Shown: positions 11,409 through 20,826 of the stretch, in pieces | Numbering within the stretch: the first letter of the stretch is position 1 | Layout: every line of letters begins with the position of its first letter | DNA from: Escherichia phage LF82-4 | Direction: 5' to 3' (one strand) | Length of the DNA: 64,000 nucleotides | Sequence record: PV660448 | The notes under the pieces: generated by a model | What the model was told of the DNA's origin: nothing | Database searches by the model: none | Seen by the model: only the letters and a program-made list of their open reading frames with translations | Made by a program: the position numbers and the translations under genes

Positions 11409-12692
11409 ATGAGTAAAATCCAAAAATTATTGCGTGAATCTACAACGTCTACTAGCAACTCAATCGGTCGCCCAAATCTCGTTGCTTTGACTCGCGCTAC
11501 GACTAAATTAATATATTCTGACATTGTGGCAACACAAAGAACTAATCAACCTGTTGCTGCTTTTTATGGTATTAAATATCTTAACCCAGACAACGAATTA
11601 ACGTTTAAAACTGGTGCTACTTATGCAGGTGAAGCTGGATATGTAGACCGAGAAAAAATTACCGAGCTCACAGAAGAATCAAAAGCCACACTAAATAAAG
11701 GTGATTTTTTCAAATATAATAATATAGTCTATAAAGTGTTAGAAGATACACCGTTTGCAGATATTCAGGAAAGTGATCTAGAATTAGCTCTTCAGATTGC
11801 GGTCGTTCATTTAAAGGTACGGTTATTTTCAGATGCAGCGGTGACAAGCAAATTTGAAAGCTCCGGTAGCGAAATTTCCGATGCAAGATTCCAAATTAAT
11901 AAATGGCAAACTTCAGTCAAATCTCGTAAACTTAAAACCGGTCTCACGGTTGAATTAGCGCAAGATTTGGAAGCGAATGGATTTGATGCCCCTAACTTCT
12001 TAGAAGATTTGCTTGCTACTGAAATGGCTGATGAAATTAATAAAGATATTCTTCAGTCTTTAATTACTGTATCGAAACGTTATAAAGTTAATGGAATTAC
12101 TGACACTGGATTTATTGACTTGAGCTATGCTTCCGCTCCAGAAGCAGGTCGTTCGTTATATCGAATGGTGTGTGAAATGGTTTCGCATATCCAAAAAGAG
12201 TCAACTTATACTGCAACGTTTTGCGTAGCTTCAGCTCGTGCAGCTGCTATTCTTGCTGCTTCTGGTTGGTTAAAACATAAACCAGAAGATGATAAGTATC
12301 TTTCACAAAATGCTTATGGATTCTTGGCAAATGGATTACCTCTTTACTGCGATACTAACAGTCCATTAGATTATGTGATCGTTGGCGTAGTAGAAAATAT
12401 CGGTGAAAAAGAAATTGTTGGATCAATTTTCTATGCTCCGTATACAGAAGGTCTCGACTTAGATGACCCGGAACATGTTGGTGCATTTAAAGTTGTAGTT
12501 GACCCGGAAAGCTTGCAACCGTCTATCGGTTTATTGGTTAGATATGCTTTATCAGCAAATCCTTACACAGTAGCAAAAGATGAAAAAGAAGCGAGAGTAA
12601 TTGATGGCGGGGACATGGATAAAATGGCAGGACGTTCAGACTTGTCTGTTTTACTCGGTGTTAAATTGCCTAAAATTATTATAGATGAATAA
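11409..12692 (+). CDS. 24: Capsid vertex protein (gp24)
   Basis: 427-aa ORF (T4 gp24 length), gp23 paralog; late promoter at 11374-11381. Confidence 0.95.
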   Translation: MSKIQKLLRESTTSTSNSIGRPNLVALTRATTKLIYSDIVATQRTNQPVAAFYGIKYLNPDNELTFKTGATYAGEAGYVDREKITELTEESKATLNKGDFFKYNNIVYKVLEDTPFADIQESDLELALQIAVVHLKVRLFSDAAVTSKFESSGSEISDARFQINKWQTSVKSRKLKTGLTVELAQDLEANGFDAPNFLEDLLATEMADEINKDILQSLITVSKRYKVNGITDTGFIDLSYASAPEAGRSLYRMVCEMVSHIQKESTYTATFCVASARAAAILAASGWLKHKPEDDKYLSQNAYGFLANGLPLYCDTNSPLDYVIVGVVENIGEKEIVGSIFYAPYTEGLDLDDPEHVGAFKVVVDPESLQPSIGLLVRYALSANPYTVAKDEKEARVIDGGDMDKMAGRSDLSVLLGVKLPKIIIDE

Positions 12693-12700
12693 ACGAAAAA

Positions 12701-12721
12701 GGGACCTTACGGTCCCTTTTT
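12701..12721. terminator. Bidirectional hairpin terminator between gene 24 and rnlB
   Basis: AAAAA-GGGACC-TTAC-GGTCCC-TTTTT between convergent genes. Confidence 0.7.
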
Positions 12722-12723
12722 CG

Positions 12724-13731
12724 TTATGATACTAATTCAATCCATGCAGGACGCAGAACATCTTGCACCATTCGGACTAATTCTTTCTTAACAAGATTCG
12801 GATTATCAGACGATGTTAATACAATACCTTCACGAGAAGTTTCTTCCAAAATATCTTGAACAGTTAGTCCCATCACTTTGCCAAAATCTTTTGGCGTTAC
12901 AGCCCCAATCTTAGAAATCACATTGTTAACACGATTTAATGTAACATAACAAGCTAGAACATCAAGCAAGTTCTTGTCAATTTCGGTTAATGGAACCTGA
13001 GTTTTAATAGGCTTATCAGACTTTTTCTTTTCACTGAATTTAGAGTTCTTGCACTTAATCGCTACACGAGTACCGTTTGGCAGCCATTTAGGGAAACAAG
13101 GCTTCAGAACATAACCTTCTGCAGTATTATCACCAATAACATTAGCATCAAATACACAATTATTTGCTTCGACAAGGTCTTCCGATGCCGTAGTGTTATA
13201 AGCGGCTAAGACGGAATCAAGGTCATTTGGAATCATGATAAGAGAATCAAATGTTCCACGACCAAGCATTGGTGCCATTTTAAAACCGAATTCATTACAG
13301 AAATCTTGCATTTCGTAATCACTCATGTAATAAGTATCAGCACTTTCTGTGTTTATGATGATATCGAATACATAGAAATCTTTTTCACCATAGTCAACAC
13401 CTTTCTGGATTCCACCACCAGCGAATTCACCAAAGACTTGATATGACACCGGCACTGAAGTTGAAATACTGTCCATGACTTCTTGAACGGCTTTAATAGC
13501 TTTATCATACTTCTTGAGTACGATTTCATAACCATAAAAATCTTCTGCTGGAAGAATAGGGCCTGTGCGCTTGGCGCATGTGACGTTGTCACGTTCAATT
13601 ATTAACGAGAAGTTGGTCCCGTGGATTTTCTCACGTGCTACCCAAACACCAGTAGTCAAACCATTAGTGTAGAGTTTTTCAATAAACTTAGAGTTGTAGT
13701 GGTTTTCAAGACTGCTGTATTTCTTAAACAT
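12724..13731 (-). CDS. rnlB: RNA ligase 2 (RnlB)
   Basis: 335 aa; nucleotidyltransferase lysine motif (EKIHGTN); T4 position after gene 24. Confidence 0.92.
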   Translation of the reverse strand: MFKKYSSLENHYNSKFIEKLYTNGLTTGVWVAREKIHGTNFSLIIERDNVTCAKRTGPILPAEDFYGYEIVLKKYDKAIKAVQEVMDSISTSVPVSYQVFGEFAGGGIQKGVDYGEKDFYVFDIIINTESADTYYMSDYEMQDFCNEFGFKMAPMLGRGTFDSLIMIPNDLDSVLAAYNTTASEDLVEANNCVFDANVIGDNTAEGYVLKPCFPKWLPNGTRVAIKCKNSKFSEKKKSDKPIKTQVPLTEIDKNLLDVLACYVTLNRVNNVISKIGAVTPKDFGKVMGLTVQDILEETSREGIVLTSSDNPNLVKKELVRMVQDVLRPAWIELVS

Positions 13732-13850
13732 AAATCACCATTATAAATAATAATATCAAAATAATTAGCAGAGACTCTGTCTCTGACCAGATGTTTAATT
13801 TGAATGGATAGAACCTAGATTCATTATACCATCAAAAAATGTAAAGCATA

Positions 13851-14102
13851 TTAGAACTTGATTTCTATCCAATGACCATCACGCTGGTCGTGATTAATTT
13901 TGTACTGAAAGCCGTTATCACGAAGCCATTGACCGACTTGTTCAGTTATAGTTAAATCGTTCTTTGACGGGTAGTATGTAAATTGTGTCTGGCCTTTGTC
14001 AGCGGCTTTCTCTGCCATCACAGAGAAGTTAGTAATAAAATCACTCAACAAATTGGCTTTAATGGCCAGAGCCCTTTCTCTTAATTCCTGTGCAAAACTC
14101 AT
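13851..14102 (-). CDS. Hypothetical protein (T4 24.2 position)
   Basis: 83-aa ORF, start overlaps upstream ORF stop. Confidence 0.6.
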   Translation of the reverse strand: MSFAQELRERALAIKANLLSDFITNFSVMAEKAADKGQTQFTYYPSKNDLTITEQVGQWLRDNGFQYKINHDQRDGHWIEIKF

Positions 14103-14299
14103 TTCTTCACCTTTTTATTAATCAGACGTTTACGGTATACAACTTTTTCTTTTGCTTTAAACTTTGACCGAGCTGTCTCGGCTTTAGTCCATAGTAATCC
14201 AACTTCTTTAGGTTGTAAACCGATTTTTTGAGCAATTTCTACGAATGAAAATCCCGCCTCATGTAATGTATAAACTTCAACTTCAGCTCTCATAATCAA
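14099..14299 (-). CDS. Small basic HTH-like protein (T4 24.3 position)
   Basis: 66 aa; HTH-like segment FSFVEIAQKIGLQPKEV; lysine-rich C-tail. Confidence 0.6.
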   Translation of the reverse strand: MIMRAEVEVYTLHEAGFSFVEIAQKIGLQPKEVGLLWTKAETARSKFKAKEKVVYRKRLINKKVKK

Positions 14300-14372
14300 T
14301 CCCGTATTATTTGGTTTGTGCCATTATATACATCAATCTCAAGTTGTGTTTTGTATGCTTTAAAAACGAAGA

Positions 14373-14390
14373 AAGGGGCCGAAGCCCCTT
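14373..14390 (-). terminator. Terminator downstream of hoc
   Basis: AAGGGGC-TTCG-GCCCCTT on minus strand followed by U-rich tract. Confidence 0.6.
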
Positions 14391-14394
14391 ACGA

Positions 14395-15525
14395 TTATGG
14401 ATATGTATAGATGATACCAGTTTCTAAAGCAGTTTTATGAATGATGTATCCATTACGTGATTCTTGAACATCAACTTCTGGATAGTCTTTCATCATCTTC
14501 TGAAGCGTATAACGATGCAAGTAGTACTTACTACCCGGATCGTCGATTTTCCAATCTTTACCTTCTTCAGTCATTTTTTGGATTTCATCCATAACCCACC
14601 ATCCGCACCAGATGTAAGCTGAAGTACGATGTGGAAGAGGATGAACATAAGGTAGTTCACCTTCTGGTTCTGGAGCAACTTTATCAGTTACCTGAACTTG
14701 ACCTTCTGCTGTAATAGTTTTGCTATCATAATCAGTTGCAGTAACAGTTGCAGTCACTTCAATAGTTTGACTTCCAATAGTAGAAGTATCAACGGTATAT
14801 ACATTAGTTGATCCTTCTACTGGAGAAGAATCTTTCTTCCATGAATAGGTAATTTGTGCTTCTTCTGGAGCACCAGTCACATTAGCAGTAAATGTAGCCG
14901 AAGCATCTTGTTGAACACTAATAGAAGGAGGAGTCAATGTAACCTGTGGATTCATTGTCTTCTTATTAACCGTTAATGACACTTCATTAGAAGTAACTTC
15001 CTTTGCATCATAATCTGTCGCAGTTACTTGGGCTACACATTTAATTCTTTTTACACCACTTGTAGTTGGAGTATAGCTAAATGTAGAGTTAGTTTCTCCA
15101 CCAACCTGTGAATCATCTACATACCACTGATACGTAGCAGACGCTCCAACCGGTTGAGAAGCTAAGGCAGCAGTAAATTGAACCGTGGTTCCAATTACTC
15201 CAGCTGAAGGACTATTGGGAGTTACTGCCAAAGTAGTTGACTGAGTTTTATTTTTAACTGTGATAGTTGCAGTAGTTTCTGCTGTTTCAGCTTCAGCTTC
15301 TGGAACTGTATTTGTTGCAACTACTTTAATAGTCTTTTGACCGGCAGGTCCTTTTAGTACATAACTAAAAGTTGCTTCAGCTCCATCTTGCGGAACACCA
15401 TCCAAAGTCCAAGCATATGTAATAGTTCCACCTTCAGCCTGACCACTAGGTGTGGCAGTAAACTGCTGGGTCTGTCCTATAACTCCAGTAGGTGTTTTAG
15501 GAGTTATATTAACTGTAAAAGCCAT
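14395..15525 (-). CDS. hoc: Highly immunogenic outer capsid protein Hoc (Ig-like repeats)
   Basis: 376 aa (T4 Hoc length); Thr/Val-rich repeated beta-sandwich-like segments; hairpin terminator downstream. Confidence 0.9.
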   Translation of the reverse strand: MAFTVNITPKTPTGVIGQTQQFTATPSGQAEGGTITYAWTLDGVPQDGAEATFSYVLKGPAGQKTIKVVATNTVPEAEAETAETTATITVKNKTQSTTLAVTPNSPSAGVIGTTVQFTAALASQPVGASATYQWYVDDSQVGGETNSTFSYTPTTSGVKRIKCVAQVTATDYDAKEVTSNEVSLTVNKKTMNPQVTLTPPSISVQQDASATFTANVTGAPEEAQITYSWKKDSSPVEGSTNVYTVDTSTIGSQTIEVTATVTATDYDSKTITAEGQVQVTDKVAPEPEGELPYVHPLPHRTSAYIWCGWWVMDEIQKMTEEGKDWKIDDPGSKYYLHRYTLQKMMKDYPEVDVQESRNGYIIHKTALETGIIYTYP

Positions 15526-15534
15526 AAGTTATCC

Positions 15535-16203
15535 TTATTTTAATGTTACGAAAGAAGAATTACGAGTTTCACGAATTAGAACTGATCCATCACGATTAAT
15601 ATAATAAATTAAGCTAAATAATGTTTGGTGAGCAGAAGCGTGTACAAAACTAGTTGGGCGAGATTTCCAATCTGGGGTTTCGGCTATCCATTGATAAATC
15701 CACCAAGGAACAGTAACATACCCTGGACCTTTGCCTAATTTAATGAGTGTAGGACTAAAATTTTCAGGCAGAACAAATTTTACTTCTTTATTTACCTCTG
15801 ACTCAGGCTCTTTTTCAGATTCAACAACCTGAGTAATTGCTTCTTCGAATTTATCATGGTCGAATTCTTTTTCTTGTTCGACAACTTCTAATACTTCAAC
15901 TTGTTCTGTTGGAGAATCAAACAACAGAATAGCTTCTTCTTTAACCTCTTCGTTGGTGAAATTAACACCGTCCACATCATCTGCGGCAGTAATTAAATCG
16001 GTTATAGATAATCCATCAGTTTCAGGTAATGGTTCATCAGCCAGTGCGTTAAGAGCTTCTTCGATATCAACAACAATATTATCGAATGATTTTGTTTTCT
16101 TAACACTAATGCCAAATTGTTCCGCATATTCGAACAGTTTAGCTTTGGCTTCCTTTTTATCGGAAAGAGCACGTAACTCTTCAATATAGTCTTTATCGAT
16201 CAT
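15535..16203 (-). CDS. inh: Inhibitor of prohead protease (Inh)
   Basis: 222-aa acidic protein at the T4 inh position next to hoc. Confidence 0.8.
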   Translation of the reverse strand: MIDKDYIEELRALSDKKEAKAKLFEYAEQFGISVKKTKSFDNIVVDIEEALNALADEPLPETDGLSITDLITAADDVDGVNFTNEEVKEEAILLFDSPTEQVEVLEVVEQEKEFDHDKFEEAITQVVESEKEPESEVNKEVKFVLPENFSPTLIKLGKGPGYVTVPWWIYQWIAETPDWKSRPTSFVHASAHQTLFSLIYYINRDGSVLIRETRNSSFVTLK

Positions 16204-16216
16204 AGTATTTCCTCAT

Positions 16217-16224
16217 TATAAATA
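16217..16224 (+). promoter_or_regulatory. Late promoter TATAAATA (uvsW)
   Basis: Exact TATAAATA ~30 nt upstream of uvsW. Confidence 0.65.
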
Positions 16225-16253
16225 TAACTATATTTATTACATGGTAATTTGAC

Positions 16254-17768
16254 ATGACTGACATTAAAGTACATTTTCATGATTTTAGTCACGTTCGCAT
16301 TGAATGCGACGAAAGTACGTTTTACGAACTTCGTGACTTTTTTAGCTTTGAAGCCGACGGGTATAAATTTAACCCAAAATATCGCTATGGGCATTGGGAT
16401 GGTAGAATTCGACTTTTAGATTACAATCGTTTGTTACCATATGGTCTTGTAGGACAAATAAAAAAGTTCTGTAACAATATGAGTTATTCTATATGGATTG
16501 ACCCTAAAATCTTTGAGACTGAAGACCTTACCAGGGAAGATTTTGACGCGTGGCTTTCTAAACAAGAAATTTATTCAGGCAACGCCAAAATCGAACCACA
16601 TTGGTATCAAAAAGATGCAGTATATGAAGGACTAGTTAATCGTCGTCGAATTTTAAACCTTCCGACATCAGCAGGTAAATCACTAATCCAAGCACTTTTA
16701 GCTCGGTATTATCTAGAGAACTATGAAGGTAAAATTCTCATTATCGTCCCTACAACAGCATTGACAACCCAGATGGCTAATGATTTTGTTGATTATCGCT
16801 TGTTTAGTCATTCGATGATTAAGAAAATTGGCGGTGGTGCTGATAAAGCAGACAGAGCTAAAAATGACGCTCCAATTATTGTTGGCACGTGGCAAACGGT
16901 AGTTAAGCAGCCTAAAGAATGGTTCTCTCAGTTCGGTATGATGATGAACGATGAATGCCACTTAGCAACAGGTAAAAGTATTTCTTCAATCATCTCAGGA
17001 TTAAATAATTGCATGTTTAAATTCGGTTTATCCGGCTCATTAAGAGACGGAAAAGCCAATGTAATGCAGTACGTAGGAATGTTCGGTGAAATCTTCCGTC
17101 CTGTTAGCACGTCTAAATTAATGGAAGACGGACAAGTAACTGAGCTTAAGATTAATAGTATTTTCCTTCGTTATCCGGACGAATTCACCGTTAAATTAAA
17201 AGGTAAAACATACCAAGAAGAAGTTAAAATTATTACCGGACTAAAACGTCGTACAAAGTGGATTGCTCAACTTTCGGTCAAATTGGCTAAGAAAGACGAG
17301 AACGCCTTTGTAATGTTTAAACATGTTACACACGGTAAAGAAATATTTGAAGCTATTAAAGAGCTTGGATACGAAAAAGTTTATTACGTATCAGGTGAAG
17401 TTGATACTGAAACACGTAACGCACTTAAAGTCATGGCAGAAAATGGTAAAGGCATTATTATTGTCGCATCATATGGAGTATTCTCTACTGGTATTTCAGT
17501 CAAGAATCTTCATCATGTTATTTTTGCCCATGGTGTTAAATCAAAAATTATCGTACTTCAAACCGTAGGTCGCGTGCTTCGTAAGCATGGTTCTAAAGCT
17601 GTTGCTACAGTTTGGGATCTCATCGATGACGCAGGTGTAAAACCTAAATCATTAAATACTAAAAAGAAGTATACTCATCTTAATTACTTGTTAAAACACG
17701 GTATTGATCGTATCCAACGTTACGCTGATGAGAAATTTAACTATGTAATGAAAACAATTAATTTATAA
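16254..17768 (+). CDS. uvsW: UvsW DNA/RNA helicase (SF2)
   Basis: 504 aa; helicase motifs (LPTSAGKS Walker A, DECH box); late promoter at 16217-16224. Confidence 0.95.
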   Translation: MTDIKVHFHDFSHVRIECDESTFYELRDFFSFEADGYKFNPKYRYGHWDGRIRLLDYNRLLPYGLVGQIKKFCNNMSYSIWIDPKIFETEDLTREDFDAWLSKQEIYSGNAKIEPHWYQKDAVYEGLVNRRRILNLPTSAGKSLIQALLARYYLENYEGKILIIVPTTALTTQMANDFVDYRLFSHSMIKKIGGGADKADRAKNDAPIIVGTWQTVVKQPKEWFSQFGMMMNDECHLATGKSISSIISGLNNCMFKFGLSGSLRDGKANVMQYVGMFGEIFRPVSTSKLMEDGQVTELKINSIFLRYPDEFTVKLKGKTYQEEVKIITGLKRRTKWIAQLSVKLAKKDENAFVMFKHVTHGKEIFEAIKELGYEKVYYVSGEVDTETRNALKVMAENGKGIIIVASYGVFSTGISVKNLHHVIFAHGVKSKIIVLQTVGRVLRKHGSKAVATVWDLIDDAGVKPKSLNTKKKYTHLNYLLKHGIDRIQRYADEKFNYVMKTINL

Positions 17769-17793
17769 GGGCTTCGGCCCTTAGGAGATAAAA

Positions 17794-18027
17794 ATGGTAC
17801 TTGAATTTAAACAATTTTTATACGAAGCATCTATTGACGAATTCATGGGTAAAATTGCTAGTTGTCATACCTTAGAAGGGCTTGAAGAATTGGAAGCTTA
17901 TTATAAGAAACGTATAAAAGAAACGGAATTAAAAGATACAGATGATATTTCTGTCAGGGATGCCTTAGCAGGTAAGCGTGCCGAACTTGAAGGCGACGAT
18001 GATGAGGATGAGGAAGAAGACTTCTAA
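17794..18027 (+). CDS. uvsW.1: UvsW.1-like small acidic protein
   Basis: 77-aa ORF with SD AGGAG; acidic C-tail; separated from uvsW by a UUCG hairpin. Confidence 0.8.
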   Translation: MVLEFKQFLYEASIDEFMGKIASCHTLEGLEELEAYYKKRIKETELKDTDDISVRDALAGKRAELEGDDDEDEEEDF

Positions 18028-18083
18028 TTAAAAAAGGCCCGACCTTTTTGGAAGGGCCAAAACCATAGGCAAAAAAGGTAACA

Positions 18084-18251
18084 CTATAGTAAAAGTTGGG
18101 TTTCGTTCAATTGCTCTTCTGAACTTTCTGAAACCGGCAATTGTTGTACATAATTATAACAAGGACCAGGATGTGCTGGACCTTTGTCTGTTTCAACAAC
18201 CAATGCAGAATCGATTGGAGTTTTACAGACAACACAAATCTTATCTGACAT
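18084..18251 (-). CDS. Small Cys-containing protein (55 aa), not in the ORF track
   Basis: Hand-translated: MSDKICVVCKTPIDSALVVETDKGPAHPGPCYNYVQQLPVSESSEEQLNETQLLL; strong SD GGAGG 5 nt upstream; TATAAATA (minus sense) at 18281-18288. Confidence 0.5.
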   Translation of the reverse strand: MSDKICVVCKTPIDSALVVETDKGPAHPGPCYNYVQQLPVSESSEEQLNETQLLL

Positions 18252-18280
18252 GATTGCCTCCTAAGTTGAAATTACATATC

Positions 18281-18288
18281 TATTTATA
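18281..18288 (-). promoter_or_regulatory. Late promoter TATAAATA (minus sense) upstream of the 55-aa ORF
   Basis: Plus-strand TATTTATA ~30 nt upstream of ATG at 18251. Confidence 0.55.
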
Positions 18289-18508
18289 CCACTCGCATGC
18301 ACATATCGATACCCATATCTTTTGTATAAAAATACTCGTCGATGTACCCAGCAAACTTCCCTTTAATATAAAGGACGTCTTCGCCACAAGGGTGGTCTGC
18401 CAGGATACGAATATCCTGGCGTCGTAGACGATACTTTTCCATTAAGAATTTAATTTCAGTTTCAAATTCTTCATCATTATTAAAGGCATCTTCAATTGAA
18501 TAACGCAT
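18284..18508 (-). CDS. Hypothetical protein (uvsY.-2 position)
   Basis: 74-aa ORF directly downstream of uvsY with overlapping stop/start. Confidence 0.65.
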   Translation of the reverse strand: MRYSIEDAFNNDEEFETEIKFLMEKYRLRRQDIRILADHPCGEDVLYIKGKFAGYIDEYFYTKDMGIDMCMRVV

Positions 18509-18921
18509 TATTGCCCCGCTTCAAATTCTCGCATATCCTGGATATGTTTAAGTGCAAAACTACGAGACTTAACTGCATCAAGTGCACCACTACAGAACTC
18601 AAGTAAAATTCCCCAGTATTGTAAAGTAGTCTCTATTTTAAGCACATCTTTATCTGCGGCCAGGACAGTTTTCATTTCAGATTTCTCATATCGGTCCATA
18701 CTAAATTCATCACCGTCACCTCGTCCCGAGTAGTAGTCTAATCTTGCTTTTAGAGCAGTTTTCTTCTGAGTCTCTATACGCAACATTTCTTTACGAATAA
18801 ATGAGTGCTTACGTAGCCATTTGCTGTATAACTTAACATTATTCGCCGTCTCATATTGCAACTTTGTCGTATCAATAGCTAAGTCTGCGTCTAACTCTTC
18901 CTGTAAATCTTCCAGCTTCAT
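18508..18921 (-). CDS. uvsY: UvsY recombination mediator
   Basis: Internal ATG of the 164-aa track ORF gives 137 aa (T4 UvsY length) starting MKLEDLQEELDADL... Confidence 0.92.
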   Translation of the reverse strand: MKLEDLQEELDADLAIDTTKLQYETANNVKLYSKWLRKHSFIRKEMLRIETQKKTALKARLDYYSGRGDGDEFSMDRYEKSEMKTVLAADKDVLKIETTLQYWGILLEFCSGALDAVKSRSFALKHIQDMREFEAGQ

Positions 18922-19001
18922 AATGTTCTCTCTTTTAACTAATAATCTCCCGGCTGTATCGGAAGGACCTAAAACCATTATACATAGGTTGCCTTGAAGC
19001 A

Positions 19002-19400
19002 TTACACTCTATTGCTTGACGCTAACTGAAGTTTAATTTGTTCAATATCGTCAGGGTTGTCTACGACCGAAAATCTAATCTCTACTATAACCGTATAGTC
19101 ATCATATACTGGCGTTACACTTACAGAAAGTTTGTCGATGCGTGGCTCATAGTTACGAACAGCTGCCTGGATATTACGCTCAATAGTATCGGCTGTAAGT
19201 GGTGTCATGTTCTCGAAAAGTTCATCAACCAAATCGCATCCAAATTCAGGGTCGAAGGGGCGTGAGCCTTTTCTAGTTGTCACTATGCCAAGAAGACTAT
19301 TTTTAATAGAACGAAGTCCTACAGAACGAGCAACGTCCTTGTTCCAATCCATACGCATTTCTGGGTCGATATCTGAATAAAGTTTATTGATATTAGACAT
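19002..19400 (-). CDS. 25: Baseplate wedge protein gp25
   Basis: 132 aa (T4 gp25 length), gene order 26-25. Confidence 0.92.
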   Translation of the reverse strand: MSNINKLYSDIDPEMRMDWNKDVARSVGLRSIKNSLLGIVTTRKGSRPFDPEFGCDLVDELFENMTPLTADTIERNIQAAVRNYEPRIDKLSVSVTPVYDDYTVIVEIRFSVVDNPDDIEQIKLQLASSNRV

Positions 19401-20026
19401 TATAGTAACTCAAAGAATTCTTTGAGGCCTCGTATTGTGTGAACGTGTGACGCCCCGCATTTGGGACATTTAATAGGGGTTGCCAGATAAATTGATGGCG
19501 ACACCAAAAGATTTTTAATATTGATCATGTCATCTTCTGTTATAAGGCCATAAAGGTCGTTTATTTCTGCTTCAGTTAAATCTTCAACAGGGATGGACTC
19601 TCCATTGACAAAAACAGCCTCAATACATGAAGCAATCATTAATGCGATATTTTTATCATCAAATAATTTAGGTTGACGGAACTTAATTTTAATACCACTG
19701 AACGAATACCAGGGATCGGCCTGTTCGTCTAATTGAGTGTGCAATAAATTCATATAGACTTGAAATGAATGCCCACAGGAACAATTCCAGGTGTGTTCTT
19801 GATTCACTTCACCTAATGAATGTGCCCACAGATTTACCAACAATAACTCGGCTTCTTGTTTAGTCAAGTTTTTAGCGTTAGAGCAATTAGTGATAATATT
19901 GTTCACGGCTGATTCAATAGTACCGGTAGCCCGCGCACCTATGAGTCCTAAATATTCTTTTAAAGTAAAGGCTCTACAATTCACTTCTTTATCGCCTAAA
20001 CGTACGGTAAACGTATATTTGTACAT
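19400..20026 (-). CDS. 26: Baseplate hub protein gp26
   Basis: 208 aa; divergent from gene 51 with back-to-back late promoters. Confidence 0.88.
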   Translation of the reverse strand: MYKYTFTVRLGDKEVNCRAFTLKEYLGLIGARATGTIESAVNNIITNCSNAKNLTKQEAELLLVNLWAHSLGEVNQEHTWNCSCGHSFQVYMNLLHTQLDEQADPWYSFSGIKIKFRQPKLFDDKNIALMIASCIEAVFVNGESIPVEDLTEAEINDLYGLITEDDMINIKNLLVSPSIYLATPIKCPKCGASHVHTIRGLKEFFELL

Positions 20027-20044
20027 GTTAACTCCTTTATTGTG

Positions 20045-20052
20045 TATTTATA
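20045..20052 (-). promoter_or_regulatory. Late promoter TATAAATA (minus sense) for gene 26
   Basis: Plus-strand TATTTATA overlapping the divergent gene 51 late promoter. Confidence 0.65.
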
Positions 20053-20056
20053 AATA
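20049..20056 (+). promoter_or_regulatory. Late promoter TATAAATA (gene 51)
   Basis: Exact TATAAATA 18 nt upstream of gene 51. Confidence 0.7.
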
Positions 20057-20073
20057 ATAGAAAAGGAGTAATT

Positions 20074-20826
20074 ATGGCTAATATAATTCGTTGTAAATTA
20101 CCGGATGGTGTTCATCGTTTCAAGCCGTTCACTGTGGCGGATTATAGAGACTTTTTACTAGTTAGAAATGATATCGAACATCGTTCGCCGCAAGAACAAA
20201 AAGAAATAATTGCCGATCTGATTGATGATTATTTTGGCGAGTACCCTAAAACATGGCAACCATTTATATTCCTGCAAGTTTTTGCAGGCTCTATAGGCAA
20301 AACAAAAGTTCCCGTTATTTTCACTTGCCCTAAATGCTCTAAAGAAAAAACTGCACCATTTGAGATATATCAAAAGGAACTAGTCGAACCTGAACTTGAT
20401 GTTGCTGGTATAAAAATACGTTTTTCTTTCCCTGAAAAGTTTTATGACAATAAAGCATTAATGATAAGTGAAAACATAAAAGAAATATATTATAATGATG
20501 AATGGTACCCATGGAATGATTTGACTGAAGAGAACCAAATCCAAGTAATAGAAGCAATAGACATTGACTCGCTCGAGAAGGTTATTGCTTCTATGAACCC
20601 TATTAATTTGACCCTTAGATTAGGTTGTTGTGAACGTCATGTTAAAACATATACTGATATCTTAGAGGTTTTTAAATTGTTAGTTAACCCTGATGAGATT
20701 TTTACATTCTATCAGATAAACCATTCACTAGTAAAGAGTCAATACACATTGGATTCTATTATGCAAATGATTCCTGTTGAACGTGGTATTGCTTTAACAT
20801 TAGTAGAAAAGGACCATAAAAAATGA
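20074..20826 (+). CDS. 51: Baseplate hub assembly catalyst gp51
   Basis: 250 aa; SD AAGGAG; late promoter at 20049-20056. Confidence 0.88.
   Translation: MANIIRCKLPDGVHRFKPFTVADYRDFLLVRNDIEHRSPQEQKEIIADLIDDYFGEYPKTWQPFIFLQVFAGSIGKTKVPVIFTCPKCSKEKTAPFEIYQKELVEPELDVAGIKIRFSFPEKFYDNKALMISENIKEIYYNDEWYPWNDLTEENQIQVIEAIDIDSLEKVIASMNPINLTLRLGCCERHVKTYTDILEVFKLLVNPDEIFTFYQINHSLVKSQYTLDSIMQMIPVERGIALTLVEKDHKK

Noticed and set aside
13742-13749. Plus-strand TATAAATA in the rnlB / 24.2 gap
   Set aside because: No plus-strand gene lies downstream (all neighbours are minus-strand), so it is probably a chance match or at most an antisense promoter.
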